Below, one piece after another: positions 20,027 to 29,600 of a DNA stretch of 64,000 nt; within the stretch, counting starts at the first letter, position 1, and each line of letters begins with the position of its first letter. The position numbers and the translations under genes are program-made. Source of the DNA: Babesia bigemina. Its lineage: Eukaryota. The DNA lies in the NCBI RefSeq assembly GCF_000981445.1, contig NC_027218.1, forward strand, positions 2,294,001 to 2,358,000. Reading direction: 5' to 3'. Below the pieces are notes generated by a model. It did no database searches. It was not told the DNA's origin and saw nothing but the letters and a program-made list of their open reading frames with translations.

Positions 20027-22846
20027 ATGAGGCATCAAGATAAAGACACAATGTTCAATTCAACGCATCCGGAGGCTTCTAGGCACCGCGAATCGGGCAG
20101 CGGTGGGCGGGACCACGTAACCAATAGGGGTATGGATAAGAGGTTCCACGAATACCTTAAGGATTTACGCTGGGGGGTGCCGCACACGAACTACGGCGGC
20201 GAAGCCGGTACCAGAGGCTCCACATCCGACAAAAAAGCGTCTCACAACAGAAAAGAGGACAAATCAAGGGACTCCAGGCACTACGACAGCAGCATCAATG
20301 AGGAACAACGCAAACGCATGATGCGTCTGCATGCGACGGTACCAGACTCTACGTTCGCTGAAAGGAGCGCTGCACGTATAAGCAAAAACCGGTTGCGTCG
20401 CCACGCTGACGACACCTACGGGAAAATGCTTTACACCACCTCTGTGGAGATGTTCCGCAATGACAACTTTTTCCAAGAGGCTGAGAGTTCATCGGATAAC
20501 GCCTTTAGCATCCGCCATGATTCTCAGACGTCCACGGATGAAGGCAGCCCCGTGGTTGTAGAGAATGAAATACACTACTCTACGGAACCGGAGGCGGCAA
20601 GGTCCAAATCGCATCGGGAGCGCAGTCCGTACAGATGGCACCCGGAGTCAGATGCAGACCCCAACAGCGCGGAAGTCAAGCCGCCAGTTAGGAGTGCCAG
20701 GGAGATGCCAAACCACAACGACAACGATTATATCTTTGATGTCGAGTTTGGCTACGAGGAACCTGGTCACGCATCAGCTGGATATGCTGGTGCGCATTCG
20801 ATGCTCGAAAGGGATTACAGTGGGCTGGTGATGTCACTCCGAGCGATGGCCGACCAAATAGAGTCGATGGCTAGTGCCAGAGAAGCAGCCCAACGTGAAA
20901 ACGAGCGAATACGCAGGGCCCTATACAGCCAGCTGCACCTGAAGAACCAAGAGCTGGCCCGCCTGCGCAACCAGGCCAGGGAGCACGAATCGGAGAGGAG
21001 CGACCTGGAGGCGAGACTAGATGCACTTGAGGCTAAGTTGCTGCGTCTAAAGAGCACCCGCAGAGCCGACCGACCTAAGGATCAGGAGGGTGCGGACGGC
21101 GAAGAAACTGACGACTCAAACTACACCGCAACCATGCCCGCCGTCATTATCGATGCTGATGAGCTCGACCAGAGGAGACGTTCATACATAACGACCCTGA
21201 AAACGTATCTGTACACCAGTATGGACCAGTCGTCTAACGCTGCTTTTCAATCGGAGCTGTACCGCGACCTGAGCTCGATGCCGGAGGTGGTGCGTTGTGG
21301 CGACCTGGTGGACTTCATTAACGACGGCATACGGAGCGATGCAGACGTTTTGCACAGCCGCCTGAGGCACTCGGCGCTGCGGCACGGCATCAATCGCATA
21401 TTCACTGAGGGGCACCTGCCGGCCGCCACCAATAGGTACCCCTACCCGCAAGAGTTCGAGCGGCGTGTGGTGGATGAGATGGAGTCGAGCCACCCTCCGC
21501 GCAGGTTCAGCATGCACGGTACAGCGAAAAGCGATGCCCAACGCGAGAAAATGGGGGTTGTCATGAACCGCTTAGTGTTGCTGAGCATCCTTAAGCACAC
21601 TGATATGGGCACGCTCTACAACTACCTCTTCACCGCGTTGTACTACGACAACTTCAGGGCTGTGGAAATTCTGAAAGAATCCGTCGCGCGAAGGTTCCTC
21701 GATTTCCAGCTGGCGCCGACGTACAGCGCGCGTGTGAGCCATCCGATGATGTGGTCGTTCGGCGATTCGTGCAATGCCACGCAGGCATACCGGTACATGA
21801 AGGCATTGGACTTCAACTTCGCCACATTCCCAACCGATCCCCATAATGGAGACAACCTGTGGCACAGGGTGGCGAAGGGTGACGCCGTGGCTGTAGTGCA
21901 GACCTTGAAGCCATACGCCATCGACGCGGAGCACATCAGCGCGCCCAACCACCACAAGGAGACCCCGCTGGATGTCGCCAAGGGCAAGGTCCGCGTCGAA
22001 CTCATGGGGTTGGCAGTGGTCCAAAAGGCGGCAAAGGGCTCCGAGAACTACCGGGACAACGATTTCGAGGCTGCGCTGAAGATGTACTCGGAGGCCATAG
22101 AGATGCAGATAGAGGTGCTCAGCATCGACGGCGGCGACAAAGTGGCCACCCAAGACGTGAACCTGGGCAAGCTCTACTACAACAAGGCCCGCAGTCTGAT
22201 GCACCTGGACAGGTGGACTGGCGCGGTGGAAGCGTGCGAGCTCTGCGTGCAGCACATTCCGTCGTACACCAACGCCTACGCCACCTGCATCCAGGCGTAC
22301 GAGAAACTGCTTGACTGGGGTAATGCGGCTAAAACGTGTTATCTGATGCGCGAGAACTGCGGCGTGTTCGACGACGAGAAGATGGCGGCTCTGCAGTCAC
22401 AGCTGGGGGCAACCATGTTCCAGATCCTCGGTGTCAGCAGCACGGCGAACCCCCGCGAAATAAAGCAGGCTTTCAACCAGCTGTGCAAGCAATGGCACCC
22501 TGATAAGATAAACCTGGACCCGGCCAATGTTGACCTCAAGCGTCGTGCGATGAACCAGTTCAACCGTCTGTACGAGGCCCGGGAAAAGCTGCTCGACGAC
22601 AGCGCTAGAAAGGTGGAGCAGTCGAAGCCGGAAACTCCCTATAAACACCCGGAACCGATTGTCGACGCTTCGGGCAAGGCATCGAAGGGAGCTGAGGCCA
22701 CGGCTGCCAAAATAGAGCCTCTACAACACCACCTTTCGAAACTAAAATGCGAGTCTCAGGATGACGTAGCCGTCGATGAGCAGCTCCTGCAAACGGCCGT
22801 GGACCGCATACAGCAGCAGATGAACGAAATGCACGCCAAAGCTTGA
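20027..22846 (+). CDS. Coiled-coil / ankyrin / TPR protein with a C-terminal DnaJ domain (Hsp70 co-chaperone)
   Basis: J-domain with intact HPD (FQILGVSSTANPREIKQAFNQLCKQWHPDK). TPR-like helices (GSENYRDNDFEAALKMYSEAI, LYYNKARSLMHL). Ankyrin-like GDNLWH...KETPLDVA. Confidence 0.85.
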   Translation: MRHQDKDTMFNSTHPEASRHRESGSGGRDHVTNRGMDKRFHEYLKDLRWGVPHTNYGGEAGTRGSTSDKKASHNRKEDKSRDSRHYDSSINEEQRKRMMRLHATVPDSTFAERSAARISKNRLRRHADDTYGKMLYTTSVEMFRNDNFFQEAESSSDNAFSIRHDSQTSTDEGSPVVVENEIHYSTEPEAARSKSHRERSPYRWHPESDADPNSAEVKPPVRSAREMPNHNDNDYIFDVEFGYEEPGHASAGYAGAHSMLERDYSGLVMSLRAMADQIESMASAREAAQRENERIRRALYSQLHLKNQELARLRNQAREHESERSDLEARLDALEAKLLRLKSTRRADRPKDQEGADGEETDDSNYTATMPAVIIDADELDQRRRSYITTLKTYLYTSMDQSSNAAFQSELYRDLSSMPEVVRCGDLVDFINDGIRSDADVLHSRLRHSALRHGINRIFTEGHLPAATNRYPYPQEFERRVVDEMESSHPPRRFSMHGTAKSDAQREKMGVVMNRLVLLSILKHTDMGTLYNYLFTALYYDNFRAVEILKESVARRFLDFQLAPTYSARVSHPMMWSFGDSCNATQAYRYMKALDFNFATFPTDPHNGDNLWHRVAKGDAVAVVQTLKPYAIDAEHISAPNHHKETPLDVAKGKVRVELMGLAVVQKAAKGSENYRDNDFEAALKMYSEAIEMQIEVLSIDGGDKVATQDVNLGKLYYNKARSLMHLDRWTGAVEACELCVQHIPSYTNAYATCIQAYEKLLDWGNAAKTCYLMRENCGVFDDEKMAALQSQLGATMFQILGVSSTANPREIKQAFNQLCKQWHPDKINLDPANVDLKRRAMNQFNRLYEAREKLLDDSARKVEQSKPETPYKHPEPIVDASGKASKGAEATAAKIEPLQHHLSKLKCESQDDVAVDEQLLQTAVDRIQQQMNEMHAKA

Positions 22847-23608
22847 CAACGACTCACGGATTCCAAGACACTATTGATGGGTGTGTCATACGGACATGAG
22901 CCGTGGAACGTGCAAGCATCAACTAACAAGCCCGACGAGCCGACTACCGTATATTCCAAATCTCATGGAAGGCCCACGCTAACGATGTTATGTGAAGGAC
23001 GTCGATAGAGGCGCGGAAATGCAACGTTTGTGTAGTCTGGTGATGTGTGGAGGAAAATCGTTCAGCAATCGGCGGCGGAACGCAACTACTGATTTCCACG
23101 AAACCTAAACCTTGAATTTCATCAAATCTATTTCTTAGAATGCTGAGTTGTGCGATCGTTCCCTACTTGTGGCATGTCTGGTGTTCGTTGCTGTTACTTC
23201 AGCACATTAGTGTACTACAGCAGCTACAAACGCTGCAATTTTGACAACATGGCAGTTTGCGACGCCATTTTAATACTTTCATGGGTGGTAACAGAACAGC
23301 GTCGGTAATCCATGGGCAAATTTAGCGGACGTACAAACGTCGGACACTGCCACCAATTCTTCCTATTGGCGGCAAACTACGGGCTAATTGCCAACTACGC
23401 TAGCAACTAAGATTCTACTAAGAGTGCACGAACGACACAGCGGTAGTGTAGTTGTCACTAGGAGGCATATTCCTCATAGGCTGAACGCAGCAATCGCGCA
23501 TCAAACAATGGAGGGTGTAAACGTATGAACTACCAACATTACGAATGTATAAGACTTATTTGAGTTGCGGCTGCTATTGAGTGGCTTTCATGCCGATGAG
23601 AATCCTGA

Positions 23609-24211
23609 CTAAAGAATTTCAATCGGACATGAACCCCTCCTGCAGTTCGGTCCCATTCTCGTTTCCATCTCAATTTCCAGTGCCGATTTCATTTCCCGGC
23701 CGTTTCCACCTGCTGCACGTATGCGTTCGAGGACGAGGTGGTACCATAAAACCGTTAAACTGAGGTACAATTTAAAAAACAAGGTCATGACCGCTGCCAG
23801 AAGACCGCGGGTAACCAATAAGAAGAACAAATTCTTAAAGATTTTCGCATCATTCAGACCGGAGCGAACATACATCCAGAAGATTAGGTTTCCCACAATC
23901 ATCCCTATAACGTATGAGGGATGTAGACATACAATGACGTGGAAGGGCAGGCTCAAGTAAAGCCAGAAAGTTCCCGGAATGAATCCTATCAGCGTAATCA
24001 CGTTGAATACTACATTCAAGATGCAGTGAATTAGAAACCCGGAGCCGTGCATTTGGGACTCATACAGGTAGTTGCTAACAAACATCTGAATAGTCACTGC
24101 TGCCTCTAAGGCGTGCAGGACCATGAGGGTATGCACAACATTCAGACGACCCCCGAAACTCCCCTTCACATTTTCCCGGTGCATATTAATCAAAGTCTCT
24201 TTGAACGCCAT
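23609..24211 (-). CDS. Hypothetical multi-pass membrane protein, paralog of 24442-25106
   Basis: 200-aa ORF with about 4 or more hydrophobic segments and the C-terminal motif LERIRAAGGNGRE. Confidence 0.65.
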   Translation of the reverse strand: MAFKETLINMHRENVKGSFGGRLNVVHTLMVLHALEAAVTIQMFVSNYLYESQMHGSGFLIHCILNVVFNVITLIGFIPGTFWLYLSLPFHVIVCLHPSYVIGMIVGNLIFWMYVRSGLNDAKIFKNLFFLLVTRGLLAAVMTLFFKLYLSLTVLWYHLVLERIRAAGGNGREMKSALEIEMETRMGPNCRRGSCPIEIL

Positions 24212-24441
24212 CTTGACTTCAATAAATATTATATGCCGCGCGGCCGTGCCTCTCTGCGCCGTACCCTGCGACGAAAATTCCTCGCATCACCGAATCTGTG
24301 AATTTTAGACGCGAGTAGGCGTCGCGGCGAGCCACATACAACGTCACGTTTTTAAAAATACGCTAATTATAGTTTGTTAATTTTTAGCATGAGGCGTTGC
24401 AGGAACTCCTGAGGTACCGTCTTGCTGGATCGTTTTCGGCT

Positions 24442-25106
24442 CTATTCCTGGTTCACTAGGTTCAACCATTCACTGCGTATCTCCAGTTGCTTCCTTTGCC
24501 CTTCCAGTTGTTTCTCCTCCAGCTTCAAGGACGACAGGCACTCCCACCCCGTGCCGCCGAAGGTACGGATCGAGGCCAGCACCATCACGTAGTACAACAG
24601 CGGCAGTGTCAATATAAGCCTTAATATAGAAAGAACCATGAATATGGCGAAGTGAAAGATCTGCGGTGAATGGTACATCATTCTAAAGAGCGTATAGTTG
24701 GCCGCGTGCTGTCTCATGTACAACTGGACCAGCCCTGCTAACAGCATCATCTGCACACGTTGATGCGATCTGGAAATAAACTTACGTGGTTCATGAAGTA
24801 TAATAAACACGATACAATAAGCAAGTAAATCGGGGTAACACTCCTGCACAGTATGCTAAATAGAATGACAGTAGTCCCTGCACTCCAGATTTTGAACACC
24901 AGCGGCATACCCATCCCGAAAAGATGGTAAAGAACCGCATTCTCTAATGGCCAGATGCAAATGAAGAGCAGCGTCGCGGCCGTTATAATAGCCAGGCACG
25001 TTGCCATCACGGAGTACCCAAAGGGCCCGGTGGCAATCGTGTTGCGGTTCCGCAGCAGCCTGCAGTCAGTACGAGTCTTGAACAGTCCCATATTTGAGTT
25101 CTCCAT
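24442..25106 (-). CDS. Hypothetical multi-pass membrane protein (2 exons)
   Basis: Two track ORFs join in frame through a 35-nt intron at 24751-24785 (gtaagt...gtgcag). Several hydrophobic segments and the C-terminal motif LASIRTFGGTGWE. Confidence 0.7.
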
Positions 25107-25880
25107 CTTTGCAAAATTTATTATTGTGTTTTAGAGGCGATGCTCCGCTCGCTATTGCGGCAGTGCGAAAATTCCTCGGGATGAAAATTCCAAGTTGCCT
25201 TGGCAGAAGTTGCAGTTCGTAGTTTAATTAAACTTCCGTAGTTAAGTTGACACAGTTTGTTTTTTGAATACGTACTGGACAACGCGCTGGGTTCCGCGTT
25301 GTACCACGAAGAAAATGACACATTACCTTTCCCTGATTTACGCGGGGCAAAAATTTTAGGAAACACACCTAACGCTAATATATGTTAATCTGCAACCTTT
25401 TGTAATGCCACGGTTAAGCTAAGATCGTGATAACCGGATAAAATTGTATGTGATCAGCCGGAGGCTCAGCGGCACTTACTGGCGTCTACCGATTGGAAAC
25501 AAGAACCAAGCAGCCTGTTGTCACATCGTCCTTCGGATACTCCTCGGGTCAGTGGTCGCCACGTCTGATCCGAGTGCCATGTGTTGCACCGCGGAGTTTA
25601 CCAGCCGATGAAGGCGGCATGGATCCTGGTCATGCGGCCGCCAACGTCTGATCCCCAAATAGCCTGCCTCCATCAGCACAAATGGCCATTTCAAACAACC
25701 ACCATATGATACCATATCTGGGTACGGATTGAGGCGGCGTCCTTTTGTACGCTGCCTAGCGCCATACCTCACGCTACCTACATTAGGCAAGTCTCCGGCA
25801 ACAGTGGATCCACATCGTTATTTTGCTGCAAACAAAGCACAACAACAGGTCAGAATAATAACATTAGAGCCCTGCAGGAG

Positions 25881-26343
25881 TCAGTTCAACTTATACGTGG
25901 CCTTCATCCGGTCAAGCACAGTCTGCTTCGAGGTTTCGAGCAGTTCGCCTGCAAGTATGAGCTCGTTGAGCAGGCTGTGCAGCGTGTTGAAGTTGCACAC
26001 GACGTCCAGCTCGTGCACGTTGTCGTAGAAGTCGTCGAGGATCTCGACGATGAGGTGGATGAGCTCGTGGTACGCCAGCGTGTTGTCCTCGCGGTCGGTG
26101 TAGATGCTGATGACGATCCCGGCGTACTTGCGGTAGACAACCTTGCGGCCTTCCAGGTCGTAGAAGTTCACCCAGCGCACGTCGCGCCGCGATATCTCCG
26201 TGTAGATGAGGTCCGCGATGCGTTTCTTTTCCTGCTGGCTGAAGTTGCAGTACCTGCGCGCGATGCCGTGCGATCAAAGCCGCCTACCACCTGGACAGGC
26301 GCGTGTTGTTCTTCACATTCTGCAGGAAGACGCCGTAAATCAT
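25881..26343 (-). CDS. AP2S1: Clathrin adaptor complex small (sigma) subunit, most like AP-2 sigma
   Basis: Exon 1 MIYGVFLQNVKNNTRLSRW, a 34-nt intron at 26254-26287, then VVYRKYAG...DNTLAYHELIH...NVHELDVVCNF...LAGELLETS. Confidence 0.85.
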
Positions 26344-26608
26344 CGTTAAAAGGCGTGCTGTGATCGGCGGCGCCGTCGGACGGCGGGACAGAGGTGGCGG
26401 TCACGGTCTGGCCGTGGCCGCGCCGGCGTGGCGCTTGTTTGTTACGACGGCGCTACGAGCGACACACATGGATGGTTTACGTAGTGTGTAGGCAAAATTG
26501 ACGTTTGTAGAGTCCGGCAATGGCGATTAGCGAGTCTCGGCTACCGGTGGCTACCGACCACCAGGTGTGTAGGTCCCCGTTTGCGCTACTGCATCGCAGA
26601 CACGGGGC

Positions 26609-29600
26609 TCAGCGAACGTCCACGCCCACCGATATCAGCAGCTCCTTGATGAGCACGTGCCTCGAGAGCGCGTTCAGGAACGTCGCACGCGCCGAGTAGT
26701 CCTTGAGCAGCCCCGGGTTGATCAGAATCGAGCGCAGGTTCAGCCCGTTGGTCACCAGGTCGTTGTCGAAATCCAGCCACGTCTGCGACGTTATCACGCC
26801 GTTGAGACGCGCGACAGCCTTTTCGATGTTCTCCTGCGTGATTGCGCCGTCGTCATCTGTGGCAACGCCCGCCTTCTCCGACTCGTAGGCGTCCACGTGC
26901 TTCGACGGGGCGCGTGTGCTGACGCTGCGGATGTAGCGCATGCCGTCGCTCGGCAGCGGCCGTTCCATTCGCTTGGTTTTTACGGGGGCGTACTGCATCA
27001 GCTCGTCGGCAAACAGCAGCTTGGCGGTGGCGAAATAACGCACCGCCTTCCACATCTCGACTGACTCCGGGCTCCCGTTGAACATGAAGCAGCGTGAGAG
27101 CCACCTCATCTGCCTGCGGTCGTCTGTGAGTAGCGGGCTGGGCACGCTTTGGTTGACGAAGCACGTGTTGGCGGCCCAGTTCTCGCACTTCGTCATGCGT
27201 ATCACTCGGGTCAGGATGGAGCGCGTTGAGCTGGGGCCACGCCCGTCTGTTGACCACGCGTCACCCAGCGAGTGGCGGAACAGCCCCGTGTACGATGGCA
27301 CCTTGAGGAATATGTATCCGGGCAGCGACTTGGGCGGCGTGCGTTCCATGGCGTCCTTCGCTATCACCGATGACAGCGACTTGAACGCGTTCAGCATCAG
27401 CAGTACATTTGCGATTTGCGATGAGAGCGCTATTCCTTGCAGCTTCTGGGCTTTGCCGAGCGCAAGCTCCGCCGCCACTGCGTCTCTGAACGCCTCCAGG
27501 GCGTCGGTGACGTTCTTGAACGCGGGGCCGTTGGCTGCATTCTGCGATGCGGCGCTCGACAGCACCCTGCGCGGCAATCTATTCTTGCTAGAGCCCACTA
27601 TATCCGAGTATATGTCCTCCTGCGGTTGGGCGCCCTCCGTTTGCCCGTCGCCAAGGCTGTCCTCGGCCATCAGCATGTCATGGTCCGCGGAGTGGGTCGT
27701 GCCGTACACCAAGGAGCATATGAACACGTCCTGAGCGGGCCCAGTCTGGTGTATGGAGGCGCAAATGTCGTGCAATAGCTGCAGTATGAGCAGCTGCAAC
27801 GGCGCGTCGGAGTTACCGCTGCCGTCGGCCTCCTCACTGCTGCCGTGCAGTAACAGCGCATCGCACAGCTGCCGTATGATGTTGTTGAGCCACAGCGTGG
27901 TGGACGGTGTCACTTTGATGATCTCAGAGTCGATCTGCTTGTTGATGATCTGCACCATCAGCTCCATGGGCCCCGACAGCACGGTGTACAAAATGTTCAG
28001 CGCCGTGAACGGGATTTTGAAAGCGTGCTTGAGCGCAGCGAATCCAGCCAGAATAACTTCCCACGAGAGGCTTATTGAGGAATCTAAGTGGATGTCACTG
28101 TCGAAGTCTACGGTTGCGAACTTGTTTTGAGAGCCTTCGTCGGACGACCCGGTCTCGGTGTCCCTGGCCTTGCACCCGTTGAGGATATGGCAAATCCACC
28201 ACACGGAGCCGTTTATGTTCTTCATGTAGTTGTGGAATTCCGGATCACGCGTCAACGTTGCGTGGTGGCCCTCCCACAGCTTATTGTGGCACCTGAACAG
28301 GTGTACATAGCCGTCAAACAGGACTCGGCAGCACCCTTCGGTGATAACCCTGCAGCCCTTGGTGTACCGGCTGAACAGATCCAGGATCCAGTTGTTCACC
28401 TTGAACACAGCCGTGGGTCCCGCTGAGTCGTTGGACACCAACGCTTTAGCGACCAGCGACCAAAACGTCAACAGCCTGTAGGCTTTGCCCGATGCGTTGC
28501 CGGACCTGGAGGCGTCAGAGCCGGCCTTGAGGCACTCCTCCAAACACCGGTCCGAAACAGCGGACAGGAACACCATCATCGGCGCGCCGTTCGCAATTAG
28601 GAAGTGCGCAATCTCGCTTGCCAGGACCACTGTGCATGGGTTGGCGGAGTAGCACCGCGTCGCGACGGCGCACATGAATTCGGCAAGCACCGATACCTTC
28701 AGGGATTCTATCCGGCGAATGAGCCCCCAGACGGCGGAGTTAGGCACATCGCGTCCCAACTTAACCTCCTTTTCGCTTAGGGCCACCGTGTATTCGCGCC
28801 CCTCGAACAGAACCCTCGCTCTCCGACGTCCTAACAGAGCCTCGTTCTCCTCGTCCTCCGGCAGGCTTACATACGCCACTACATTGCACTTGGGGTTTAT
28901 AACGGGGCCGCATGACGTGATGAGCAACGCAGCGCCGTCGGCCATGCACGGCAAGGTCGTGTACCAGCCCATCAGCTTGTTCATCAGGTACCCTTGCGAC
29001 TTCTCGTAGCGCAGATACCAGTACGACATCAGCTTGCACAGCCACCTCAGGCACTTGCGTGACGTGCGGCCCAACCGGCCCTCGAACGCCCATCTCCGGT
29101 TCATCATGACGCCGTTCACGGACAGGACGACGAGCGTTAGAATATCGTCGTTGATATAGCGCACGGGTGCGCCCGTTACCTTGCGGTGCTCGTCCGTGTC
29201 CTCGTGGCAGTGTCCGTCGCACGACAGGTGGTGGAGCGATGAGTAGACGATTTGGGCGATGTTCGTGACCAGGGGTATCGCATCCTCGCTCGAGAAGAAC
29301 CACTCGTAGCCCACCAGCGACTTGAACGCTCCCATCTCGACGTTCAACACCGTGTCGATATCGGGCGATATTGAAGCCACCGCATGGACCCACAGCCTCA
29401 GCAGGGTCTCCGTGTTCTCGCGTTCCCTCAGCAGGTCTGAGAATACGGAAACATACTGGTCCATTGTGCTGGCGAAGCTAAGCAGGCGGACACCGTAGTG
29501 CACAAATTCTGGCAGGCGTTCGGGTGGCGCGACGTATAACCTGCAGCTTTTGAAATGACCAGCCTTATCCGCTGTAACGCCCAGGTCGGTGACCCTTGCC

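Noticed and set aside
23100..23113. Telomere-like aaacctaaacc
   Set aside because: A single short occurrence, expected by chance.
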